64,000 bases of DNA. Origin: Thermoplasmatota archaeon (GTDB lineage Archaea > Thermoplasmatota > Penumbrarchaeia > Penumbrarchaeales > Penumbrarchaeaceae). The notes below the pieces were generated by a model. It was not told where the DNA came from and did not search any database. It saw only the letters and a program-made list of their open reading frames with translations. Within the stretch, counting starts at the first letter, position 1. Each line of letters starts with the position of its first letter. Shown here piece by piece: positions 1 to 8,697 of the stretch. Location of the stretch: assembly GCA_965234725.1 (NCBI GenBank), contig CBDDUX010000014.1, forward strand, positions 21,682-85,681, read 5' to 3'. A program made the translations under genes and the position numbers.

Positions 1-37
1 GTACTGGTGATATTCATTCTCTTTTAGGGTGGTCCAG

Positions 38-487
38 ATGGTAGAAAAAGTAAAGATAATCAAGTTCCACGCAGAGAAATGCAAGGGACATAGGGAATGT
101 GAAAAGGCCTGTTCAAATATCCATTTCAAGACGGATGTGGGAGGGGACAGATCAGCCATCCATATAATCAAGAAAGGATCCCATTTCGAGATGGTAAATT
201 GCAACCAGAACGGTCTGTGCATGGATGTCTGCCCTGTCCAGGCGATCAAGAGGCTCCCCACCGGTGTGGTGATAATTGACAAGAAGACCTGCATAGGTTG
301 CATGACCTGTGTCGCATTCTGCCCCATGGATGGAATGAGAAGGGCAGAGGGTATGATAGTACCTCACAAGTGCATTTCCTGCGGTGCCTGTGTGAAGGCC
401 TGTCCTGAAGGTGCTCTGGAACTGGTAGAGGTGAATATCAGTGACATCGAGCAAAGGGTTTACATCCACCAGGGGGTGTGCGAATGA
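38..487 (+). CDS. 4Fe-4S dicluster/polyferredoxin electron-transfer subunit of the AOR operon
   Basis: CIGCMTCVAFCP and CISCGACVKACP motifs plus two variant motifs; its stop overlaps the aor start (ATGA); start could be GTG at 29. Confidence 0.85.
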   Translation: MVEKVKIIKFHAEKCKGHRECEKACSNIHFKTDVGGDRSAIHIIKKGSHFEMVNCNQNGLCMDVCPVQAIKRLPTGVVIIDKKTCIGCMTCVAFCPMDGMRRAEGMIVPHKCISCGACVKACPEGALELVEVNISDIEQRVYIHQGVCE

Positions 488-2838
488 GCGGGAAATGTCA
501 AAGTCATGCAAGCAATGCCAAGACCATTGGTAGGGGAAATGGCCCATTTGAAACCAATAATACCAAGATAGAAGTGGACCTGGAAAGACTCAGAACCGGG
601 CACCGGATACTAGCCGAACACAAGTACGAGAAACGTGAGATCGTAAAGGGCTATGCCGGGCGTCTTCTCTATGTCAATCTTTCAAAGAATGAGATCAGGG
701 AGATCCCTCTGACCGAAGATGTCAAGCACAAGTTCACTGGAGGAAAGGGTTTCGGATTGAAGATGATCTGGGACCATGTTCGCCCGGATACGAAGTGGGA
801 TGATCCTGAGAACATACTTGCGTTGAACAGCGGACCCATGAATGGCACAACCCAATACTCGGGTATGGGGAAAGCCCTCAGCACAACCATATCCCCCTCA
901 ACGGATATCGTTTGCGATTCCAACGCGGGAGGATATTTCGCACCATATCTCAAATTCTGTGGATTCGATTCCATATCCATCCAGGGTAAAGCGAAAGAAG
1001 ATGTTGTGGTTTTCATCGATGGTGTCGAGGGTAAGATCACGATCGAAACCGCTCCCTTCGAGGAGACCAACTCACATCTCCTTGCCGAGCAGCTCACTCA
1101 CCTCTATGCCCTTGAGGACACACCACCCTCAAGACAGAAGGTCTCTGTTGTATCCGCGGGAAAGGGCTCAGAGAACTCGTATTGGGGCATCCTGAACATC
1201 TCTTTCTATGATCCCAGGAGGAAGGTCCCCAGGATCAAACAGCATGGAAGAGGGGGCCTCGGAACCGTTTTCAGGAACAAAAAGGTCAAGGGTCTTGTTG
1301 CAAGAATAGAAGGTTTCGATGGAATGATCAACCATCCCGTGGATGTAGACAAGATAGCAAGGACCGGTATCAAACATCACAGAGAGATAAGGGACCTGGA
1401 CAAGCACGAGAACAACATGAGAACAGTAGGTACGGGGAACCTTGTTGAGATAATGGATGCGTATGACCTTCTACCAACAGAGAACTACAGGTTCGGCTCA
1501 TTCCCCAAAGCATCAAGGATCTATTCACCAAAGTTCTACCCCTATTATACACAGGGTATACCAGATGGATGCTGGTACGGATGTAACATAGCCTGCTCGA
1601 AGGCAGTTGATGGATTCCTTCTGAAGACGGGTCCTTACAAAGGGCATAGGGTTACTGTGGATGGTCCGGAATATGAGACGGTCGCAGGTGGTTCCAACAT
1701 GTCCCTCTGGGATGTGGAATGGATATTGGAATTCAACTTCTATTGTGATACCTATGGCTTGGATACGATCTCTGCTGCTACATCCATTGCCTTTTACATG
1801 GAGATGTACGAATACGGCATCCTTGATAAGGAGAGATGCGGTGGACTGGAGCTTTGCTTCGGAAACGCAAGGGCGATCCTTGAGTTCCTCCACAGGATAG
1901 CAGAGGGCGATGAGAATGAATTCATCCAGGTTGCTTCAAAGGGTGTGAGAAGAATGAAGGACTGGTTGATCGGCAAGGGGTGGGGAGATCCGGACCTCAT
2001 AGAGAACTGCGGTATGGAGATCAAGGGTCTGGAATACTCGGAATATGTGTGCAAGGAATCGCTGGCACAGCAAGGGGGATTCGCCCTGGCCACCAAAGGT
2101 CCTCAGCATGATGAGGCATGGCTGATCTTCATGGACATGGTAAACAATCAGATCCCCACATTCAAGGACAAGGCGGAAGCCCTTCACTATTTCCCTGTCT
2201 GGAGGACCTGGTTCGGGTTGGTGGGTCTATGCAAACTTCCCTGGAATGATATAGTCCCGGCTGATAATGCAAAGACCGATGAACCCGCAAAGATCCCGAA
2301 ACATGTACAAAACTATGCCGATATCATGAGCGGTGTCACTGGATCGGATATCCTACCAAAGGACCTGATAGACCAGTCCGAAAGAGTGTACAACTGGCAG
2401 AGGGCCATGAGCGTATGGATGGGAAAGGGTAGGAGGAAGAGTGACATGCCACCATACAGATCAATGGGTCCTGTCACAGAGATGGAATACCTTTCAAGAG
2501 AGGATCGATATGACGGTCATCTGAAGGAATTCATGGGTTATGATGATGAGGCCATCAACAGTATGCTGGTCAAGGAGAAGATAAAAATACTCAGGGAGTA
2601 CAGATATGGCCAGTATCAGAAATTGGTGGATTCTGTATACTTCAGAAGGGGTTGGACCCCAAATGGTGTCCCGTCTCCAAAGAAGATGAAGGAGCTGGGT
2701 TTCGGAGATGAGAAGGAAATGCTTGAGGTGCTTCAAAGAGCAATTGACGAGGATGGTGCCAAGGGTATGAACGTTTGGGGAGGAATATACTCCGGAAGCG
2801 GAGAACATCCCTCCAGCAATGACAGGTACTGGGAATAA
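484..2838 (+). CDS. aor: Tungsten-containing aldehyde:ferredoxin oxidoreductase family protein
   Basis: FTGGKGFG, DSNAGG, LKFCGFD, GRGGLGTVF, CWYGCNIAC, DGPEYET, CDTYGLDTIS, YFRRGWTPNGVP: AOR-family motifs. Confidence 0.93.
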   Translation: MSGKCQSHASNAKTIGRGNGPFETNNTKIEVDLERLRTGHRILAEHKYEKREIVKGYAGRLLYVNLSKNEIREIPLTEDVKHKFTGGKGFGLKMIWDHVRPDTKWDDPENILALNSGPMNGTTQYSGMGKALSTTISPSTDIVCDSNAGGYFAPYLKFCGFDSISIQGKAKEDVVVFIDGVEGKITIETAPFEETNSHLLAEQLTHLYALEDTPPSRQKVSVVSAGKGSENSYWGILNISFYDPRRKVPRIKQHGRGGLGTVFRNKKVKGLVARIEGFDGMINHPVDVDKIARTGIKHHREIRDLDKHENNMRTVGTGNLVEIMDAYDLLPTENYRFGSFPKASRIYSPKFYPYYTQGIPDGCWYGCNIACSKAVDGFLLKTGPYKGHRVTVDGPEYETVAGGSNMSLWDVEWILEFNFYCDTYGLDTISAATSIAFYMEMYEYGILDKERCGGLELCFGNARAILEFLHRIAEGDENEFIQVASKGVRRMKDWLIGKGWGDPDLIENCGMEIKGLEYSEYVCKESLAQQGGFALATKGPQHDEAWLIFMDMVNNQIPTFKDKAEALHYFPVWRTWFGLVGLCKLPWNDIVPADNAKTDEPAKIPKHVQNYADIMSGVTGSDILPKDLIDQSERVYNWQRAMSVWMGKGRRKSDMPPYRSMGPVTEMEYLSREDRYDGHLKEFMGYDDEAINSMLVKEKIKILREYRYGQYQKLVDSVYFRRGWTPNGVPSPKKMKELGFGDEKEMLEVLQRAIDEDGAKGMNVWGGIYSGSGEHPSSNDRYWE

Positions 2839-2840
2839 AG

Positions 2841-3464
2841 ATGCAATGCAAGAACCCGGGAAAGAAGGCTCCACTACCTTTTGACAAGGGTCAGGTTGCA
2901 GTAAGATTGAAAGGATCATATGTTGGTATTGCTGGAGCAGGGGGGCTTGGTTCGAATGTTGCTATGGCCCTTGCCAGAGCTGGTGTGGGTCGTCTGCTTA
3001 TAGTGGATTTCGATAAAGTGGAATCCTCCAACCTGAACAGGCAGTATTTTTTTAGGGAGCAGGTGGGACGTTCCAAGGTAGATGCTCTTAAGGAGAATAT
3101 TATCAGAGCCGTTGAAGGCTGTGATGTATTTGTTCTGGACCAAAAATTGGAGAAGGGAGCAATGGCCGATCCTTTCTACGAGGTCGATATAATCGTAGAA
3201 GCCCTTGACTCAGCATCCACAAAGGTTGCCTTCATTGAGGAGGTTCTAACAAGATATCCTGATCGCTACCTTGTGGCTGCTTCCGGAGTTGCCGGTATCG
3301 GAGGTTCTGAGAGAGTGGAGATAAAACGTTTTGGCAGCCTGATAATGGTGGATGATCCTCAGGCATATTCAAGTGATGAGGATATACTTCTCAGCCCCAA
3401 GGTTGGTGTCTTTGCTCACCATCAGGCAAATATCGTCCTGGAACTACTTATGGAGGACGGTTGA
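2841..3464 (+). CDS. thiF: ThiF/MoeB-family sulfur-carrier adenylyltransferase (short form)
   Basis: GAGGLGS, VDFDKVESSNLNRQ, VEALD; lies next to a GG-ending ubiquitin-like protein. Confidence 0.88.
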   Translation: MQCKNPGKKAPLPFDKGQVAVRLKGSYVGIAGAGGLGSNVAMALARAGVGRLLIVDFDKVESSNLNRQYFFREQVGRSKVDALKENIIRAVEGCDVFVLDQKLEKGAMADPFYEVDIIVEALDSASTKVAFIEEVLTRYPDRYLVAASGVAGIGGSERVEIKRFGSLIMVDDPQAYSSDEDILLSPKVGVFAHHQANIVLELLMEDG

Positions 3465-3664
3465 TGACAATAATGGTGAACAGACGTCCGGTTGAATATA
3501 AACCGGAGGAGTCGATAACGAGCCTTATTAAGAGAATGAACTACACCTTTCCCCTGCTCGTTGTGAAAGTCAATGGGAAGTTAGTTACAGGACCCGAGCA
3601 GAAGCATCATTTGATCAAAGATGGTTCTGAGATAGACATTATTCATCTGACCAGCGGAGGTTGA
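3464..3664 (+). CDS. thiS: ThiS/MoaD-family sulfur carrier protein
   Basis: 66 aa, VVKVNG motif, C-terminal SGG; TGATG coupling to thiF. Confidence 0.88.
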   Translation: MTIMVNRRPVEYKPEESITSLIKRMNYTFPLLVVKVNGKLVTGPEQKHHLIKDGSEIDIIHLTSGG

Positions 3665-3668
3665 AAGA

Positions 3669-3851
3669 ATGGTAATCACAGATGCTACCGTAAGGAAGAG
3701 GTTCTTCGAGGTCGCAGTTAAAGGACGGATCACTTGCAGTGATTGCTTAGATATAGCAGACGAGCTGGGGATCGAGAAGAGGGAGATCGCTTCCACCCTA
3801 AAAGAGATGGGTATCAAGATAGTCCAGTGCCAGCTTGGATGCTTCCAGTGA
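3669..3851 (+). CDS. Small Cys-rich HTH-like protein with C-terminal CQLGCF motif
   Basis: ITCSDC...IKIVQCQLGCF; tightly packed inside the operon. Confidence 0.75.
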   Translation: MVITDATVRKRFFEVAVKGRITCSDCLDIADELGIEKREIASTLKEMGIKIVQCQLGCFQ

Positions 3852-4387
3852 GTGATGGAATGATCATCGTATCCTTGATCGGGTTGAAGAAATGTGGAAA
3901 GACCACAACCGCAGAGGCCCTAATTACCGCTTTTAAAAAGAGGGGTTTCATTGTGGGTGGTGTGAAGTTCATGCCCAATTCCACCATCACACTGGATGTG
4001 GTGGGAAAGGATACATGGAGGCACAGGGAAGCAGGGGCAGATTTTGTGATCTCGCTTTCTAGGGGGGAGATCGGTTACATTGGCAACGTTTCTGGTAGAG
4101 CCAGTATTGACGATGCACTGAGATTGGTGCCTCAAGGAACGGAAATTCTGATCTGCGAGGGATATAACGATCCTGATCCCAGGATAGTCAAGGTCCTTCT
4201 TGCCAAGGATCCAGATTCTCTCGAGGAGACATTGAATGTAAGAGATATGTCTGAAGGATTCATTGCAGTATCCGGAATAATATCAACAACCGGATTCCAC
4301 CATCCAGACCTACCGGTCCTTGATGCAACCTCAAGTGAACAATTGGAATTGCTCGTAGATCTGATACTTGAAAAGGGTAAGGGATGA
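3848..4387 (+). CDS. mobB: Molybdopterin-guanine dinucleotide biosynthesis protein B
   Basis: GLKKCGKTT P-loop, DVVGKDTWRHREAGA, LICEGY; GTGA overlap with the upstream stop (ATG at 3860 also possible). Confidence 0.85.
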   Translation: MSDGMIIVSLIGLKKCGKTTTAEALITAFKKRGFIVGGVKFMPNSTITLDVVGKDTWRHREAGADFVISLSRGEIGYIGNVSGRASIDDALRLVPQGTEILICEGYNDPDPRIVKVLLAKDPDSLEETLNVRDMSEGFIAVSGIISTTGFHHPDLPVLDATSSEQLELLVDLILEKGKG

Positions 4388-4395
4388 TCCCGGTT

Positions 4396-4677
4396 TCATC
4401 TCTTGTCAGTTACCTTGATGATGTGATACCCGAATTGGGTCTGGACCGGATCGGAGACATCACCTTTGTTCATGGTGAATGCCGTATCCTCGAAAGGTTT
4501 CACCATCTGACCCTTTCCGAAATAACCAAGGTCCCCACCTTTCTTTCCGGAAGGACATTGGGAATGCTTTCTGGCAAGGTCCTCGAATTTAGCCCCTGCC
4601 TTGATCCTGTTCAATATCTTATCCGCTTCGGTCTTGGATCTGACCAGAATATGACTTGCCCTTACTTGCGACACCAT
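4396..4677 (-). CDS. ppiC: Parvulin-type peptidyl-prolyl cis-trans isomerase
   Basis: [50 protein letters not shown] upstream of ATG 4677. Confidence 0.92.
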   Translation of the reverse strand: MVSQVRASHILVRSKTEADKILNRIKAGAKFEDLARKHSQCPSGKKGGDLGYFGKGQMVKPFEDTAFTMNKGDVSDPVQTQFGYHIIKVTDKR

Positions 4678-5100
4678 GTCAAGGCCTCCAATGGAAAGAG
4701 GAAGTTTGATATTTAAGGTTCGCCTGGATGGATCCCTCCCAAGGAAGTATTCACACGATGGTTCCATGATCCTGCTACATTCTTCACCCAGGATATTGTG
4801 GAATTTGGATCTTTATTGGATGGGGTGATCAAGACCAAATGAACTAAGATCATCTTCTTCAGGACCCCATCTGCAAGAGGAATGAAACAGGGCAAAGGAT
4901 TTATAGACCCCCCGAGGGTGGAACAATGGGCATTGTTTAATAGGAAGTCATATCCCAAGTATATAGAAAAACCATCGAAATTTAATTGAAATGATATCAA
5001 ATTTTCCATGGCCAGTGTACAATATTTGTAATAATATCCGATAAATATTAACTGTTTCGATACCTTTTTATATTAGAAATGATGTCAGTGGATGGAAATG

Positions 5101-5108
5101 TTTATATC
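5101..5108 (+). promoter_or_regulatory. Putative TATA box of tfb
   Basis: TTTATATC preceded by purine-rich GAAA (BRE-like), 32 nt before the start region with GGAGG. Confidence 0.45.
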
Positions 5109-5140
5109 AGATGATATGAACGAAAAAGAGCCTAAGGAGG

Positions 5141-6121
5141 ATGATCCATATGGTAATTGATGATGACCCCGCAATGCTTCGAAAGAAACAGAAATCCGAC
5201 AGGGTCCAGATCGAAGAGACCACAACCTGCCCCGAATGTGGAAGCGAGCATATAATCAGAGATTATGAGAGAGGAGAGCTCGTTTGCGGGGACTGTGGAA
5301 TTGTCATAAATGACCTGCAGATCGATATGGGACCAGAATGGAGGGCATTTGATTCGGTCCAGACCGAACAAAGGGCCAGGACCGGTGCACCAATGACCCT
5401 TACAATACACGACAAGGGTCTATCAACTGAGATAGGATGGAAGAACAAGGATTCCTATGGTAAATCCATCCCAACGAGGAACAGGGCTCAGATGTACAGG
5501 CTCAGGAAATGGCAGAGGAGGATAAGGGTTTCCAATGCCACTGAGAGGAACCTTGCATTTGCATTATCTGAACTGGATCGGATGGCAGCCGGTATCGGAC
5601 TTCCAAGGAACGTCAGGGAGACAGCGGCCAGGATCTACAGGAACGCTGTTAACAAGAACCTTATCAGGGGAAGGTCCATAGAAGGAGTTGTTGCATCTTC
5701 GATATATGCTGCATGCAGGCAGTGCAACGTTCCCAGGACCCTTGATGAGATTGCCTCTGCGTCCAGAGTGGGCAGAAAGGAGATTGGCAGGACCTACCGA
5801 TTCATGACAAGAGAGTTGGACATGAGGCTCATGCCTACATCACCTCAGGATTATATTTCCAGGTTCTGTTCCGAGCTGAAGCTCTCGGGAGAGACCCAGA
5901 CCAAGACAATGGAGATCCTAAAACAGGCTGATGAGATGGAGATCACATCGGGAAGGGGACCGACAGGTATGGCCGCAGCTGCGATCTATATAGCCTCCAT
6001 CATGACAAATGAGAGAAGGACCCAGAGAGAGGTCGCAGACGTTGCAGGGGTTACCGAGGTAACCATAAGGAACCGTTACAAGGAACTTGCAGATAAGCTC
6101 GGTATCGATCTTGAGATCTAA
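5141..6121 (+). CDS. tfb: Transcription initiation factor IIB
   Basis: Zn ribbon CPECG...CGDCG, PEWRAF, RTGAP, GRSIE, two cyclin repeats, [13 protein letters not shown]. Confidence 0.97.
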   Translation: MIHMVIDDDPAMLRKKQKSDRVQIEETTTCPECGSEHIIRDYERGELVCGDCGIVINDLQIDMGPEWRAFDSVQTEQRARTGAPMTLTIHDKGLSTEIGWKNKDSYGKSIPTRNRAQMYRLRKWQRRIRVSNATERNLAFALSELDRMAAGIGLPRNVRETAARIYRNAVNKNLIRGRSIEGVVASSIYAACRQCNVPRTLDEIASASRVGRKEIGRTYRFMTRELDMRLMPTSPQDYISRFCSELKLSGETQTKTMEILKQADEMEITSGRGPTGMAAAAIYIASIMTNERRTQREVADVAGVTEVTIRNRYKELADKLGIDLEI

Positions 6122-6220
6122 CCTTCAAGGAATCCATTAAACAAACAGAGGTTAAATCTCAAGGCTGGTTAAAACTAAAAAGCGGAGCTTGTTTTTACCA
6201 AGGTCTCGAGATCTTAATGT

Positions 6221-6604
6221 CTAACGTAGTATCATGAATATGATCGCATGCAGTATAGCTGAAGCGATAAAGACCACCATAAAGACCGACTTTCTTGTCT
6301 TATGCCAGAAGAAGTACATTCCCACGAGACCACCAAGGAAGCCTCCCAACAAAGACATCATATGGAGATTTAGTTCCGGGATCCTCCTACCATCTCCCTT
6401 TGCTTGTCCCTTGTCGTATCCGAAAAGTCCGAAAAGGGTTATCGAGGTTCCGATCACCCATGAGATGTGGAGCCCCTGGTCAAATGGTGAAAAGGCCCAG
6501 ACCGGAACAGTAAGGATAATTGAGAATATCAATGGATAGATGGTCCACTCCAGTTTTGGATCCATCCTGCCAGACCCTTTCTTACCCCTTCTTTTCCTGG
6601 ACAT
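6221..6604 (-). CDS. DUF1294-like membrane protein
   Basis: YDKGQA...RRIPE, LLGGFLG, HKTRK motifs. Confidence 0.8.
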   Translation of the reverse strand: MSRKRRGKKGSGRMDPKLEWTIYPLIFSIILTVPVWAFSPFDQGLHISWVIGTSITLFGLFGYDKGQAKGDGRRIPELNLHMMSLLGGFLGGLVGMYFFWHKTRKSVFMVVFIASAILHAIIFMILR

Positions 6605-6681
6605 TCATCACTGGAATGAGGGTAAGGGATATCACTTTTACCTAGAAGAATATAAGAGTTGACTTTAAAAGGTCCAGAATC

Positions 6682-7152
6682 TCACTCTATCTGGGCATAG
6701 ACCTCAGTGAGGATCTCTTCCGGTGGGACCTCTCCCGGATCATTAAGGTAATATTCCCTGTAAGGTCCCTTTACTTCCCTATTGTTTTGGGCCATCCAAT
6801 CGAACAATCTATTGTATGTCTCACCCACCTTTTCATAAGGACCCTTATGAACGGTCTTGACCATCTTCACTTTGGGCAGCTCATAGTAACTGATCTCATC
6901 GGTCTCCTTGATATCACCGGAAACAGGGAGTGCCACCTCAAGGTCCGCATCATTGTTCCTCATGGCCCTTTCAACTTCTTCCATGGAAAGTTCATGGCAA
7001 AGGGATATCGGTGGTCCAGTTATTTTCAAGCTATTTCTCATTGCGTGTTCGAAAACCTTCGGGATCAGGATCCCCAAATCGTGGTATGCTCCCTTTGCTC
7101 TCATCCCTATGACCTTTACCGGTTCAAGTTCAACTATATCAATATCGTTCAT
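6682..7152 (-). CDS. GyrI-like small-molecule-binding domain protein
   Basis: HKGPYE, REYYLNDPGEVPPEEILTEV; AGGTGA RBS. Confidence 0.88.
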   Translation of the reverse strand: MNDIDIVELEPVKVIGMRAKGAYHDLGILIPKVFEHAMRNSLKITGPPISLCHELSMEEVERAMRNNDADLEVALPVSGDIKETDEISYYELPKVKMVKTVHKGPYEKVGETYNRLFDWMAQNNREVKGPYREYYLNDPGEVPPEEILTEVYAQIE

Positions 7153-7263
7153 TTTTTCACCTCACTTCCTTTCAATTCATATTATTATATAATTGTAAGA
7201 TTGGGAGTGAGAGCGGTATGAAAGTGGAAAATAATTTCATACTTCCATTCTTACCAAGGGTGT

Positions 7264-8602
7264 CTATGTCCAATATACACTTTTAATGAACTCATCCCAC
7301 TGTGTGTCCTGACAGAACTGGATATCCTCATAGGCCGGGTTATATGAAGAGGACCTATAAGGCAGATAGATGGAGACCCCGTGAGCATCAGGATGCCCGC
7401 CATCCTCGTAAGTGTTACGATACATGATAACCAGATCCTCAACTGCATCCATAACTTCTTGAGAGTAAGAAGACCTGATAGTCCCTGCCGTAGCTTTCGA
7501 AAGCTGATAGGCCAGGTCGTAGACATCGTAATTTGTATATGTGGCCTGGCCGATCCATTCCATCTGATGAGAGAAGTATTCAGTATAGAGATTCGAGCTC
7601 TGATATTCCGGGTGTCCGATCACTGTGTTTATCAGAATTCCCTGGTTGACGGTCTGTCCGATACCTGTCATCTTTGGTAGAAGCTCTGATGCCATTGAAT
7701 CAAGAGCGGAGACAAGTGGTTCGACATTGCTGAGATTGAAGATACCGAAAACGTCAGAATATCCCTCCTTGGGAATGTAGGGAGGAGCCGTCCAGGGCCC
7801 ATAAGGGGTGAATGTCTCTCCCATTACAATGGCAAAATCCTCCCCGGACATCTTCGGGTCCTTTGATAGTTCACCCCAGCAATCGTCATACTGCCAGTTA
7901 CCTGCATCCCATTTATCATTTTCAGGTTCCGCTTCGGCTCCCCATCCGTATGTGGATCCTCCTACGAAGTAGTTGCATGAATCCCTTACTTCATATGCGA
8001 ACTCCACCATTCCGACGAGACACGCTTCAGTTGAAAGTATATCCACTTTTTTTCCTAAATGATCGCTGAATGACTTCATGGTCTTCCCGATCTCTGGAAG
8101 GTCCAGATGATCGTTTGAGAGAACATCCCAGCAGATACCTCTCCAGCCGCCACCGTGGTTCACAAGATGGACATTGTACTTCTTTGCTGGATAATTATCC
8201 GCTCCCCAATTCAGGAATTGGAGTAGCTGGTCCATCACCTGTGTTCAGTTCATTATTTCCCCATTCAGGATTGATGTCTGTTAGATTGAGATAGGTGGAT
8301 CCTCCCTGATGAAGCTCTATCAGTTTGGTATCTCCTTCTTCCTCCTTATCAAGAATGATTATCACATTCATACTGGGGTTATCAGGGACCATCTCAAGGA
8401 AATGGAGGTTGCAAAGACCCATGTTCCACTCACCAAGGTCTCCTTCCGAACACATCCACATCAATGTGGTCCATTCAGCTTCAACTTGGTTCCCCTCACC
8501 CTCGCCAGTTCCATTTCTTCCTGAAGAAGTTATCATAACAGCTCCAAGGATCATAATAACGACCACAGCGAAAACCATGATCAAGATATGCTGTCTCTTC
8601 AT
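7264..8602 (-). pseudogene. Clostripain-family (C11) cysteine peptidase split by a frameshift near 8230
   Basis: 5' ORF (8195..8602) has an N-terminal anchor, EWTTLMW and ELNTGD; 3' ORF (7264..8238) has FLNWGADNYPAKKY, NHGGGWRGICWD, EACLVG and HGVSIYLP; the frames overlap at GD/DQLL. Confidence 0.8.
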
Positions 8603-8697
8603 CCATCCCTGATTAGGCCGGTTTGATATCTATATTTCTATGGAAGCGTCCAGACAATGGACCATGGTTTTGATCAACATAGATTTGAAGTTCACTT

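Noticed and set aside
4713-5009. 98-aa minus-strand ORF upstream of tfb
   Set aside because: No recognisable motif; it lies in an AT-rich divergent promoter region
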